A stretch of 64,000 nt of DNA, taken from the NCBI GenBank assembly GCA_002633005.1, contig NMRA01000209.1, positions 62,001 through 126,000 on the forward strand, in the 5' to 3' direction. The number at the start of each line of letters is the position of its first letter. Position 1 is the stretch's first letter. Source of the stretch: Phoronis australis (Eukaryota > Animalia > Phoronida). Of this stretch, positions 14,623 to 28,028 are shown piece by piece. The position numbers and the translations under genes were made by a program. The notes beneath the pieces were generated by a model, which searched no databases, was not told where the DNA came from, and saw nothing but the letters and a program-made list of their open reading frames with translations.

Positions 14623-17600
14623 AACTGGACATCACCATAATTATGTATTTCACTCACTGTCAAGGCATTGAGGACGCTGCTCACTAATGGTAAATCGGCA
14701 TGTCTTGTGACCATTAGTGTCGCAGTGAGATTAACTCTAAGACAAAATCGGTACCCCATATTTGATTACATCCTGGAAATTCTCCGCATCACGTGTATCA
14801 TATTAGGTCTTTTAAAACGCATTTCAGTTGTTGTGGCGAACATGGTTCAAGTCTTTTCTATACCAAAATCTGTGTTGACCTGCGATTATTTCTGAGCGCA
14901 GTTTAGCTTTTGTTCCAACTTCGTAACCAGGTCACCGAAAACAACGGGCGTTAGAAGAGCGCATGCGCAATTACTCGCCCATGAAGCCAAGATGTGCATT
15001 TGAACCATAAAGCACTCATACGGGTTCATGGGGTGAGAAGTAAGCCAGTGTAATTTCCTCTCTAAAGTCGATCGATAATCAGCCTCAACCTGAACCGCTA
15101 TTTATGAGAGCACTGATGCAAAAAGAGGAGCTTCCTTCAACAAAAATGGCTTCGGTTTTTTTGGGAGATCAAGTGGAAATTATGCTTTTTGACTATTTTT
15201 ACTCCAGGTGTTTTTTATGGACAAACTAGCGTGTAGCTCGTCAGATGCTTTCTAGCAAAATGAAAAAATATCGACCGATATCAGTGCTGAAGTTCAATCA
15301 TTTACGTTTCATTTAAGTTTTGTAATTTAAGAATAATTAGTACATTCGTTTCATTTTAAGTACAGATTATCTGTTTTTCGTCGTGTGCGCTTAACGTATG
15401 TCAGAAGCGTTGAAATAGCCTTATTAGTTACCGAAGTACTTTGGTAATGTCCGGTTTGTACAGGACGCAGGTTCTTACTATTTTCACTATGTCATTTTTA
15501 TCAATGAGACGTATTCGCAAAGGGATGGCAGGTGTAGTATGGATCTCTATTTCCCACCAAAAACGAGGGAGTAACTTCCCTTTGGAAATCCTGAATTGTT
15601 TCCCTTGATACAATACGTCACACTCGATTGATGTCACCAAATCACTAGAAAACTGTATTGGCGTTGATGGCTTAGTAAATCTGCCTCTTACTCAGCCAGG
15701 TGAAAACATGGTTCACCAGGTCAAGGGTCAGGAAACTACACAGACAGCCGATCTCTCATAACTTGTCCATAATTCATCACCAAAATCCTCAGGGCATTTA
15801 GTGTGATCGTGGTCGCGCGAGCAAAAGGAACGACATCCGGTCATGAGAACAGGTTTATAGTACAAAGAATACCCGTGCAATGCTCGTTTACTTACTGACA
15901 ATTACCGACAAGACCACTTTAAAATGCGTTGCAAAATTGCTTTTTTTATTGCTACTGTATCTCCTGATTGAAGATAATTTGGTTTATAAATTTATCCTAA
16001 TTGTCCGCTATAATGCTGTTGTAACATATGCTTCACTTTCTCCAAGTGAAATTTTCCGTGTCTAAAACCATTAATCATCGCTGGTAAACAGTGGTCTTGT
16101 TCCTCCAGTACATTAAATTTACACCTCTTAATTTACCTACACTGGTGATTTGAGAAGCAATCACATTCATGGTGTTTAAAATACACGCGTCAGCGTCATT
16201 ATACTATCTCAAGAAATTAACAGTTTGTAAGCTGTATATGAAAAATCTGAAATAAGAGATGTTATACTGGATGAAAATTACAGTTCTGCGAAAAAGTATT
16301 TTAGTAGATTGGACCTAGTCACTCTGGTCATGATAGCGATGGGCAAAACTCTATCTAAATCTGCGCCTATATCCGGAATTAAGCGCATGAAACAAAACAT
16401 GAATAAAACTGAGGAACGCATTCATAAAATAAGAAACATGACGAAATATTACGAAAAGGCAGTCGTGCTGAATTTATGAACACTGGTTTTTATTGAAAAA
16501 CGGTGAAGAATTGACGAACAACACCTAATTCAAAAAAATGCAAGAGATAATGCGATTAAAAGTGAAACTTAAGCGCATGCGCCAAGCTACAATATACACG
16601 GAACATTTGAGTAAAAGCATGTCTTTGAAAAAACGTAGTAGTTCGGCTATGGCCTCATTGTGGGCATAAGTGTCAAGCAAAAAGCAAAGGGTGTTTATGT
16701 GCGCACAGCGTAACCTGTCTTAATTAGTACCAACAGTATTACGTTAAGGTTGTTTACTAACAAATCTTTGCATTTAGCCAACAACAAAACTAAATGTTTT
16801 ATATCAGTAAAAGTATATAATCTGAATCTAGAAGGCCTGTGGAATTTGATTTTTGCAGTAACTTTATACCAAACTGCCATTGGTTGGGTCATGTGACCAT
16901 GTTTTCAGTAAAATTTAACAGCAAGACAGGTCAGGAGTACATTCATAATAAAACAACGGTAGCAATAAGATGGACATATTTCATTTGATATAAAGTTCCA
17001 AATGAATTCTCAAAATCGTTGTTACAGTTTTCAGCTTTATAATTTTGTTTGGAGAATAGTGAATACAACTTGGTTTCTTAAACTTTTGTACAATTCCAAT
17101 CAGCCAGTTCTAAGATATGTTGTTCCGAAGATGTAACATTAGTCAGACTACTGCAAGTGAAGGCGGCAATGTGTGTCCGTGGCAAATGCTATCTTGGAAT
17201 GTTTGACCTGTATAAAAGTAAGCCACACTATTTTTTGATATGGAAAGCTGTAGAACTTAATCTTCTGAATCTAATAAAATTGAATTATTGTCAAGGATTG
17301 ATTCCTTTGTATAAAACTGCACTTCTAGACCGGTCCCGTTTTATCCGTCAAAAGATCGCAACCGTGCGGTCGTATAGTCACGACGGTCTTGTATTCAATT
17401 TTTATTGGCAAACAATTCATTTACGAGGTTTATTATGGTGGGCTTTCAATTAGAATGTGAACTAAGACCGTGTTTACGTCAACAGCAATCTCCCTACCTC
17501 AGTGCATTGTGTTCATTGTCATGCGGTTCTTGAAATTACCTTGCTTACCTACTCTACCAATTGAAATTGTTATGCTCAAAAAATATAAGAAAAATATATG

Positions 17601-19862
17601 CTTGATGACTGCATGATCACTTTTCGATCGACGGCATTCTTATACTCGAAAGCTAAACCACTGATTGAAACTCGTTTTGGTACAATGTGAGTCAATGCAG
17701 TGATGAGGCCTAGCGGTTTCTTCTAGCGTACTCAACGAACATTTTGTCACTTATCTCGTTTTTTTTTTCAAAAATCTCTGCGAATACCTAAGAGGGTAAT
17801 TTTTTCTTAAAAGAGTCTCTGCTCATATGTTTGTACAGTGCATGTATGTCAGTCCGAGCTCGGCTTAACGTCATTAGTTTTGACTGTTTTAACTGAAACA
17901 TGTGAAAAACGTTTTAAGATCATAATTTGCCATCGATCAATACTCGAAGGGGTGCGAGGCAAGTTAGCGATTATTAGAGAAGGGAATGTTTATAATCACG
18001 TTGAATCATCGATCGATAAATATTCCCCCTTACTCCCCTGTAAGACTAAATATAACCCTCTTGTCATTGGTAATGCGCCTATTATGCTTGGCAACGCATG
18101 CTCAGAGGGTGAGGTTGTAGAACCGCTTCACCGTTTGGGTAATTGTCTTTCCACTGTCGACAAGGTACCATTCATGGAGGACAACGGGTAAACTATTGAC
18201 GTTTGTCAAGGAGAAATATACCGACTAGGTAGTAGACAGTGACATTGGATTGTCCTTCAGCTCAGTATAATAACGCTTAGACTTAAATGAAATTCGGATG
18301 TGTGGGAGGAAAAGTAAAATTTAAAGGTAATTCAAAATTTTCTTTGTTTAATAACCGTATTGTGTGTTGTCGTTGACGGAGGCAAGCATTCCAGAAACTC
18401 GTTACGATCCGGACGTTTATGTTACATAAATTCGACATCGTAGTTTAGGAAGAAGTCCTAACAATTGGTCGATTGCCTGCAATCAGTTCTGGTGCCTTTG
18501 TTTTACTCGTAATGTTGTTTAGAAGTTCTTATTTGCGACGGTGTCGCCCGTTCTTTGCTTTTCTGCATGCCAGACGAGACACGCGAATGAGACTATCTTT
18601 TGTTCTTTTTACCCAATCAAAATGGCGGAAGGGTTATCAACATAATACCCGGCGCGTGCCGCTAACAAAACAATTTGATATCTTGAGTAAGCATCGATGA
18701 ATTTTAGGGGAGGGTGTGTGTTATTTGCAAATTTTAAATTTCTGAATGTAATTATTGTTTTAATATAACCTAGAGTTGTGGCGCTAACGAATCTAATATT
18801 TACCGTATTGACGTTTCCTTCGTGATTTGAAAATTGTGTCGAATGAAATTAAGCTTTGAACTTCAGGTATAGCTCACGGAGTTGAGGCAGGTGTTTGTCT
18901 TTGTACAATGGAGTCGAGTAAAGTCCCGTCGTTTTTTGTTTCTTTTTTCATTTTGTGTATTGTTTGCTCGGTTCAGCGATAATGAATTGACCAGATGGCC
19001 GTGTTTGATATGATAGGAGGCCATTAATACCCGTCCTCAGCAAGCGGGTTATATTTGCTCTCTACACTCATGCGTCGAATCGATCGATAATTTGGGTCTG
19101 TAACTGGAAGAACAAGAGGGTATATGACATGCGCGTCTTGAGATAACAACAAGGGCGCTCGCTCGTATTGATAGAGTGCTAAGGCCCGCTACCGCGATAT
19201 GATTAAACGCTTGCCTCATTTTAATAACATAAAGGAGGCACAGAGCAGCTGTTGTCGGGTGAAAAGACAAGGGACTTATACACTGCTCTCAAAACAAAAG
19301 AACTCTCTCAGTTAATCACAGCACACTACAGTTTAGGACAAATGGATTAATTTATATTCTGCACTTTAATTAACACAAGGCACTTATAACACCGTGACGT
19401 CGTCTTAAAACTTTCGAATTTTAAGTCTTTTGTCAAACCACATTGGTGATGAGCGAATTTTTCGCCACACCTTTGTTTCGGTAAATATTGCAAGAGCGTC
19501 ACATGTGTTTAATCAATATTGAGACGAATGAACAAAATTTGAAATATATGCGGGCTTGCTGAGAGTTAGCAAAGGTCACATAATAACATGTATATTTTGG
19601 TCGCCCGGAATCCCCAGTTGTGAGAGTAACATAAAGACGTGTTCATGGATGTAAACGTCCTCCGTATTGATGTTCAAAAACTTCGAACTAACTGTATCAT
19701 TTCAGAAGCCTGTTGGCGATTACCCTCTGTTACTTTCTCCAACGTTCTAAGTAAATACACCCTGTGGCCAACAGTGCTGTCGCTCATTCTACGCAGCTCG
19801 TTGTAGGCCGATCACTAACATCTTGTGATCTAGTTGGATAAAAATGTTTCGTTTTTTCACAG

Positions 19863-19959
19863 GATACAATGTCAAGCGGAGACAGCGACCTGAGTCGAAG
19901 CCCCTCTCCCGCAACCAACGACGCCACACCCAGTCCCATGCCACCGGATCTCAAGCAAG
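19863..19959 (+). CDS. NOL4: NOL4-like exon 4
   Basis: Acceptor TTTTTTCACAG|, donor AAG|GTATCT; encodes DTMSSGDSDLSRSPSP...PPDLKQ; phase 0 to 1 fits both neighbours. Confidence 0.8.
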
Positions 19960-20538
19960 GTATCTTGTGGCTACACTTGCTACGTGTAGTCGCAGAGCGA
20001 TGTCGAATTTATTTGTTGTTACTAGTGGAACTAAACGCGGGAACCAATGATTAGAGAGACAAACTGAAAATAGGGTTGGCAAACATTTGCCTTTCCGTTT
20101 AATGGAGGTCATTGTTGCCTGCATGCATTGGCATTTAAACTACACTACGAGCACACATGTCAAACGAAAATCGATTTTACTGTGGACCAAACTGAGCTTC
20201 TGCAGACTGTGCGTTTAATTCAACGCCAATCAAGTTCGGTGTATTCATAGGCAAGAATATAGCGGTCACTGTGTATTGATTTTGCACCTCTTACCCATAG
20301 CCTGACATTAAAGCGCCATATACACTTGTGTTCCGCTGGCTCCCGAGAAAGATTTTTGATTTTAAATTAATTGTGCTGTATTTAAGAATGACTTTTCTTG
20401 TGAAATGATTACTTTACACGTGGTCAATATTACAGTCACGTTTGAACACGCTAATTGATTTAAAATGCTGTGAAAATCATGCAGCGATTTAGCTCTTAGG
20501 ATTGTGTTTATAACCTGTGTCCTATCTGTACTTTTCAG

Positions 20539-20756
20539 AAGAGTCCTACGATGATAGTCGGACATCTACCCCTATGCTTCCGACCAGTTCAAGTCCAGCA
20601 CCGGCTAAGGTGACCTCTATCGAGAAGAACGGAGACCTACCTCTTAGTCTGAAACTTGAGCCCAAAGCGGACGTCGATAAGTCGAATACAGACGATACCA
20701 AACCGGTGGTCAACGAGCGAAAGAGACGTGCCAGTGACGAGTTGAGTTTGGATGAC
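20539..20756 (+). CDS. NOL4: NOL4-like exon 5
   Basis: Acceptor CTTTTCAG|, donor GAC|GTAAGT; encodes ESYDDSRTSTP...PLSLKLE...RKRRASDELSLDD; phase 1 to 0. Confidence 0.82.
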
Positions 20757-21154
20757 GTAAGTTGAACAGTGTCTGTTGCGAAGTGCTATCTTTTGATGTG
20801 AACGCAGCCCGCCGAGAGTTGAAGTACAACTTCATGTGTTTTAGTTGTAATAACACTAGACTATTTATGTTTGTCATGTTCCACAATAAATTACCTGCCA
20901 AGCTCCGTTTTAGAGAGATAAAATGGATACTGGATGTAGATGGAAATAAGTCATTATTAATCATGACTGAGTAAAGAGTGCAGTAAAAGTACTCTTAAAC
21001 TTACAATATGAATAATAAATGATCTAGGATTGACAGTAAAAACGTCACAAGAGGTTAGTTTGACAGGCCATTGTAGTTCAATTCATGTCACGTTCAAAGT
21101 AACCGTGACTTCAGTGTGACATGACACGAACTAAACAATGATTTATTTTTACAG

Positions 21155-21280
21155 AGCTCAACTAAGGCCAGTGAGGCTGAAGACCTCGGAAAAGATGACG
21201 ATGACGACGACGATAATGATGACGATTTGGAAAAGCCAGGAGCCCACAATTTCGATCCCGAAAGATTGAAATCTTTTAAC
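21155..21280 (+). CDS. NOL4: NOL4-like exon 6 (not in ORF track)
   Basis: Acceptor TTTTTACAG|, donor AAC|GTAAGG; acidic tract followed by DPERLKSFN, which precedes MFVRLF in NOL4 proteins; 126 nt. Confidence 0.9.
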
Positions 21281-21785
21281 GTAAGGAAACCCAGCCTTGT
21301 TGTCTTCAACTGAGTTGACATTTTATCAAGGAGGGCTATTATCGTATGTAAAGTGTCCCGTCAAATTCTGAACTTGTACTCACACTGCAGTTCCGTACAT
21401 TCACGTAGCATTTCTTGCCGGTGATTCCTGTTCATGTACATTTTACACACTTCTCAAAGGCAATGCTTGATTATCCGCTAAGCGGCTACTGCTGAAGGCT
21501 CCGCACAAACCAGGGCCCCGTATCCACGGGTAACACCCCATTAAAACTAGAGCAAAATATTCTGTCGACCAGGAAGAGGTCGAAAATGTTGTCGACCGGA
21601 TAACTCGAAAGTTGTGGTAAGCGGAATGAAGGTGAAATTGGTGCCCCGGATTTATCACCACTTACTGTAGTTCCCGAGAACAGCTAACTGTGCATCACAA
21701 GCAGTTAAACATTATCCGTTCTTAGACCTTTGCATGCACGAACAGTTTTGGACAGTTTTGATTTATAGACGTGGGTGTTTTGTAG

Positions 21786-21989
21786 ATGTTTGTCAGACTG
21801 TTTGTGGACGAGAACCTGGATCGGATGGTACCGATATCGAAACAACCCAAGGACAAGATTCAGGCCATACTCGACGCGTGTGACCGACAGTTTCCGGAAT
21901 TCCATGAGCGCTCGAGAAAACGAGTCCGAACGTATCTCAAATCGTGTCGAAGAATGCGCCGATCAAAGGAGGCCAACGGATGGGAACCG
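21786..21989 (+). CDS. NOL4: NOL4-like exon 7
   Basis: Acceptor TTTGTAG|, donor CCG|GTACGC; encodes [28 protein letters not shown]...[14 protein letters not shown], the conserved NOL4 core. Confidence 0.95.
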
Positions 21990-22682
21990 GTACGCTTTTC
22001 TATAGCGATTAAAACATTTTTGTCATTGTGTCCCATACAGTGGAGGAAGAAAACGGAGCTGTGCGTAACGTACCTCAAAGAGTTTGCGGCTCAAGTTTGT
22101 AAAGGGGAGGTGAAATTCTCTAGGACAATAATCGCTGATATATTAGGCAAAATGTTTAAGTCATTGTACATCATTGTACAACTATTGAAACAAAAATAGC
22201 GGACGCAATGGAAGCTAAGAATGAAGAGGTTCATCTTCTAGAAAACAACGTTCATTAATTAATAGAGCGCTGAAATTAATATTATTATTAGTAACTAAAT
22301 AATAAGATAGGCGATTGATTGAGGGAACAGGTAGAGACATGGGCATTCTGAAATTTGTCACCACTAGGGGGACTGTTGGGCACGTTCACCCATCCACCTT
22401 GCGGGTCTAGTGTTAAGTGTTGATATTCATGTTTGGGTGACTTCAGACTTCCATTTAGCAAACAGTGTCGGAAGTTGAAGACATCTGTGCCCCCATAATT
22501 CATTCCTTGCCACGCGGATGCGATAAACTGGAATACCTCCACAGTTCGTGGAACTTTTGTTAGCGCTGATATTCTTTGGACACTTGCAAATATTATCTTG
22601 GGATTTTGTACATTCTCTTTGGACCACATTTGGTGAAATGAATTTGATTTCTGTATATAAATAAATGCTCTCTTTCGTATAG

Positions 22683-22799
22683 CTTCGCCCAACTCCGCCT
22701 CATCTGACGTCAGCAGCAGCTGAAAGTCTATTGGCCCAGGCCTGTGAGAACGAGAGCGAGAACGCAAAACGAATGAGGATGGGTCTTGAACCGCTTCCG
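22683..22799 (+). CDS. NOL4: NOL4-like exon 8 (not in ORF track)
   Basis: Acceptor TTTCGTATAG|, donor CCG|GTGGGT; encodes [39 protein letters not shown]. Confidence 0.92.
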
Positions 22800-22992
22800 G
22801 TGGGTATTGAGTGTGACTACTTTGAGTTTCCATACTAAAATTGTTTTGATAAAACAGACCTTTCAGGAAAACGTTCTGAAAGCAGTTACTAATAAGTAAT
22901 CACCTGTATTCAGAAAAGTTCAATAACTGATCAAAATCGTCTCATTCTTCCTGGGAATGATGCACAAATAATACTCGCAAATTCCATTTCAG

Positions 22993-23311
22993 GCTTCACT
23001 GATGAATACTCAGCGAGAGAGAGAACGCGCGGATCAGGCTGCTGCCGCCTCCCAGGCTCAACCTCACACGCCATCGCAGCCTGCCCAACCTACGCATCCA
23101 CCCCAGCTTGAGAGACAACCGCCTGCACCATCTCTTCTCAGTGAGTTTATGCGCCAGCCGCCACCTCATGCCTTCAGACCACCGCACGACATGCCGCCAT
23201 TCTTTCCAGCCACTAACGGATTGTTTCGTCCCGGGTTCCCCGCCGCATATCCTGCGCACCACCCTAGCCCAGTGCTAACAGCCTCCGCCTTATCTGGTCA
23301 GGTTCAAAATG
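22993..23311 (+). CDS. NOL4: NOL4-like exon 9 (Pro/Gln-rich)
   Basis: Acceptor CATTTCAG|, donor ATG|GTAAGA; open frame, phase 0 to 1. Confidence 0.85.
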
Positions 23312-24146
23312 GTAAGATTCTGTCTTGGAAAGAAAAAGTAACAATTAATTTATGAAACGAATTTTGCCCAATACATTGATGCAGGTGAACCCGCCTTTCT
23401 ATACAAAGACAGCTTTAGATTACGACTTATTACTATTATAAACTTGGCCTCAAATTTTCTTAGTCAAACTAGGCTATTACATGACTTCGTAAGAACTGAC
23501 AATTCGCCATTGCTTGACACCAGCCGGTACAAGTTGCCTTGGTACGGGTTGTCAATTTAAGCACCGAGCATCGCCTGATGGAACGTCCATTCTTTGCAAA
23601 ACCGTAAATCACTTCTCATCTGAATACGGAACGACAATGGTCTAAAGCAGAAGTTCGCTTCGTGGACGGAATGGCCGATTTAAGAAGCACGCGTTAGCAG
23701 CACTGCGATTTAGAAACTTGCAGCCTAGTGTGATTAAATTATTATTAGTGATGATGGAACGTTGTCCTGTGCTGCGATCGGCAGACCTTAAGACACGAGA
23801 CAGTGAAATGTAGTGTGATCATGTGCCTCGCGTGTAATGCACGGCGAAATGTGACAAAGACTTGCATGTTGTACATGGCACATTAACCTTCACTACAAGG
23901 CGCCACTGCCCATCTCTGAATCCTGGACCTGGGCACAGTATGAATTTCGATTTTAACGGGGGCGCCTTAGCCATAGCTCCCGGATCAATTTTCTTGCTAG
24001 TGTAGAGAGGTCGCGCAAGGCCACGCATCATAGTGCGAGTGGAAGTCGAATATTTGGCGAGTTAACTCCCATTTACTAGCGTAGTTTAGCAAAATGGCTG
24101 CTAATGGAATGATTGAACGTCGAAGCTTGACTGAGGAATGCTGTAA

Positions 24147-24285
24147 AGCCGAGTTCTCGCTTCATGTGTCTTGCACTACGGAACGTGCCCCTGACGTCTC
24201 CTAAATAAATTTCCTATCTACGTTCCATCAGCCGAGTTCTCGCTTCATGTGTCTTGCGTTACGGAACGTGTCCCTGATGTCTCCT
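24147..24285. repeat. Direct duplication of ~56 bp (period 83 bp)
   Basis: AGCCGAGTTCTCGCTTCATGTGTCTTGC..TACGGAACGTG.CCCTGA.GTCTCCT at 24147 and 24230. Confidence 0.9.
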
Positions 24286-25517
24286 TTTATATAGCCTTCT
24301 TGAACAGCTATACACCCGAATGCTTTCCACACTAAAACGTGCATACAGTGTCAAGCTTCACACTAGGTTTGAAGAGGAATTATAATTTCAACAGTTATTA
24401 AACAGGTAAACGTCGATTCAAAACAATAGTTACCTACCCGAGACCAGAGAAATTATGAGACGAGACACTGCAAGTTATTTTTCGCTAACTGAGATCGAAG
24501 TGTTTTGATTTCTCGGTTGATAAGTTGTAAATCCAAAATGATGACTACGGTAAATGCTCAAAAATAGCGATTGAAAACATAGTTAGTGAGAAGGTCAAAT
24601 ACTTACCTCCAATATTTTGAAGCGACGAAGTCTGACAAAATTCGTTGGGAGAATAGGACAATCTTAGCGACTGTTCACAATTATGGTCATTTCATTAGCG
24701 AACAAACCCTGCGGTTTTGGGGGAGGGGATCGCCGGGGGCTTTCTGCTAATGTACGCATTGGACGTCATGAAAATGGCGATGACAAATATCAGAAGTCAT
24801 AGATTTTTATTAGTTTCTCATTATAAAAAACATGACGAAACAACTAATAGAGGCAAGATACAAGCAGGTAAAATAAAATACACGAAGAAGGGTTTGAAAT
24901 ACTGTTGCTTTTGTACCACATCACAGAACAAACCACACTGGCATTTATCTTTGAAACACAATTTAGCAGTTTAACAGATACTATAAACAAAGACCTTATA
25001 AAAATGTCACCATTTGTGTACCCGTGGTCAGAGGAGATCGGGGAAAAGCCTACGGTTTGTACCCAGGAGAAAATTACTAATTGTGAGTTGTCCCTTAACA
25101 ACATAAAGCGACTACAAGAAGCGAACGTTTGACATAGCCTTCTTACCCTCATGAACACGACCTCCACTTAGGTGAGGCGCGATGTCTAAGTTTGCAAAGA
25201 GCTAACTATTCGTTATTAGTTGAGATCATACTCGGCTCATAAAATGACCAAGCCGTGACAAGCCAATTTGTATTGACCGATCTCAAGGAATAACGAAATG
25301 TCATTCCTTCCCTGAAATCATCCCCAGTTTAACTAAAGAACAAATTGAGGCCGATTTTATAATTGCAAGTGGTCAAAAAATAGTTTTTGGTAATGAAAGA
25401 GGGTTACCAACGCTTTAACATTTTGTGTTCATTGTTCCTGCTCTGCTCCTAGAACAATGTTTATGGAACTAAAATCTGCGATTTCGTTGTTATGTGTGCT
25501 ACTTCTCTTGGTTGCAG

Positions 25518-25705
25518 GACCAACTGACTTGAGCGTTAAAAAGGGAAATAGTCAACCAAGTACTCAACCGTCGACCAACAAAAACCAACTGAACGTATCC
25601 GAGATCGCCACAATTAAACAACTAATCGCTGGTTACAGAGAGTCGGCCTCATTCCTCTACAGATCCGCTGATGAGCTGGAGCAGTTGCTCATGCAGCAGA
25701 ACTAG
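25518..25705 (+). CDS. NOL4: NOL4-like terminal coding exon 10
   Basis: Acceptor GTTGCAG|; encodes GPTDLSVK...[30 protein letters not shown], matching the NOL4 C-terminus. Confidence 0.94.
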
Positions 25706-27580
25706 TCAATGGTTTCCGTAAAAATTCGCCCGACGTCGTCCTTGACCGTCACGCTTCGTGGCCCTCGGTTATACCCAGATCATCTCGGGCTACAGAAATA
25801 CCCGGATGCCTTGTTGTCTGGCCGAGCAGTACGAATTCATCCATGATATTGAAGCTGAAATGTTTATTTTGCAAAGTTGATGCAGCGGGTAGAGATATGA
25901 TTCTATTTTAATTTTAAGCCTGTTTATTTTCCTAAATCTCTGTTTGATATTATATTAATTAAGTCGTCTTTGGATGACTTTCAGACAACGTTGATGTATC
26001 GCAAAACCGGCGTTGACGATTGCACACAAGAGAAACTTACAGTTTTCACTGAGCAGTATTAGATTAAAATATCGAAAAAATACTTGTTGTGCAAAATAAG
26101 TCACGAGCCCTATCATTTTTTAGTTTTGGGTATATAAGTGCACGTTGTGTTGGCCTTCTTGTATTTCTGTCTAAGATATTCATAGTTGCGTGAATGAATT
26201 CTAAAATGACAAAGCCAACTAAGCGAACACGTCAACATGTTGGTTGAAACAGAGAAGGGGGAAGCAATTAATGTCCATCTGAATGTCCAGTACATAAGTA
26301 GTTAGCCTAATGGGTAAGAAGATATATTTGAAGTAAGTTATTTTAATTTATTGTTAGTTAACTAGTTAAAATCGTCAATGTTTCAGTGCTATTGGTATAA
26401 CACGTTTGGGCAAGGTTGAGACTCTAATATTGTTCTCTTGTGGGTTCTAGTCAATTGGAAATCGTCATTTCGCCACGCCTTCGTCATCGCCTAAGGCTCA
26501 CGTGCATGTTAAATAAGTTAAGCTTTATATAGTTAGCCACACTCTTTGTGTGCAGTATTTACATGTTACATTTGTTTTATCTGCAAGTCATTGTTCTTGT
26601 AAGAGCGTGTATATAATTTTCCAGGAAAGTAATCTCATTGTTGTTGACATCTTTGTGCAATACACCCCCGTCGACGTGCCTATATGTCTATATTGGCCAT
26701 ATTGCTCATTTGAAAGCAGCTGTACAGGTTAACCTTATCCGGAAGAATGTTTTACAATGTAATCACACAGGGAGCTGCCATTGCCATTACAAGAATCGTT
26801 TTAACTGTAAATTAATGGCGTGGTGGAAGTCATCTTGGTTTTATGTAAGGCGAGCTTTCATGCACGAAATTTGTTGTTTTATCATCTGCATACGACCGCA
26901 TATGGTATTCACGTTGTTACGTATCGTGCTAGAAGTAGTCTTCGCAATGAATTGTGGGAACCGTTTATTCACAACTGCCAAGGATTACAGACGACTCCTT
27001 CCAATGACATTTTCTGCGCTAACGCGTAACTTATCTGAAGAAGTTAAATTTTCTTGTCTTTGCGCTCTAGCTAGCAACCAGTTGATGAGAATCAAAGGCA
27101 AAGTGAGACGGGCGGAGAGCTACGGCTTGATAATCGGTAGTTTCGTCGCTCGACTGGACCGTCATTTCACACAAACGTTTGCTGCAGTGCGTGCGCATGG
27201 GTTCGTCTATCCGTTAGTGGTCACGAGAATGCCATATGTTAGCAACAGGTCAAGGTGCAGATGACTATTTTTATTTAGATTGCTACCTCTCAGAATGTAT
27301 TGTGTTATATGGTAAGGGATTATTTTTGTTAATCATATTTGTTACGTATTTTTTGTTTTCGTATTTAAGTTCGTTGTTGATGCTTTTTAATTTGGGCAGG
27401 TAACGTACGGTGAAACTCGACGTTCTGCCCGTTTCCCGCGGTGAAATTGTCATTGTTCGTATTGTTTGTTTTAGGTGTTTTAGTATTTATAACTTTATTT
27501 ATATGTGGGTAAGTGTTCCTATATAAGTAGAAAAATGTTCGTTGAAACTGGTTAAAATAAATCGGCTATTACTACAAGGT
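25706..27580 (+). other. Probable 3'UTR of the NOL4-like gene
   Basis: Follows the stop codon, is U-rich distally and has AATAAA at 27556-27561. Confidence 0.55.
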
Positions 27581-27887
27581 GTTTAACCCTTTTCGATATG
27601 CACATTACGGCCGTAGACATCTAATTACATGCACTACAAATCATTTGTATGATCAAAGTCATTGAGGGAGCATATTACATATTTAATGCAAATAATAACA
27701 ATCATTTTCAGATATGGCGATGACTCGATGAAATAAATGCTCCTTGTCGCTACATGGCGAAAGGTTAATTGGTGGGCAGCGTTCTGCACATTCTTGTGTT
27801 GGTTCGTTGCAGTGAGATTTTTTACAGGGTTTTATGAACTATTTGCGACCATCTTGCTGTCACATTACAGCCCTTGTGCATGGTATA

Positions 27888-28028
27888 CAGGGGCGGATCC
27901 AGGATTTTGAGACAGCGGGGCCAGGGCCAGAGTATTAGCCAGGATTTTGCTCGTCAAACATTCTCACCCCCCAATTTCCAAATGTAATCTGGGAGAATTT
28001 TAGGGGGGTGGCTCTAAATCCGCCCCTG
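27888..28028. mobile_element. Short MITE with CAGGGGCGGAT...ATCCGCCCCTG termini (hAT-like)
   Basis: Perfect 11-bp TIR; same terminal family as 34376, 44796 and 49389. No TSD seen for this copy. Confidence 0.75.

Noticed and set aside
22288-22833. 181-aa minus-strand ORF
   Set aside because: Antisense to NOL4 exon 8 and intron; no protein-like features.
26638-27264. 208-aa ORF downstream of NOL4
   Set aside because: TTG start, no recognisable domain, lies in the probable 3'UTR.
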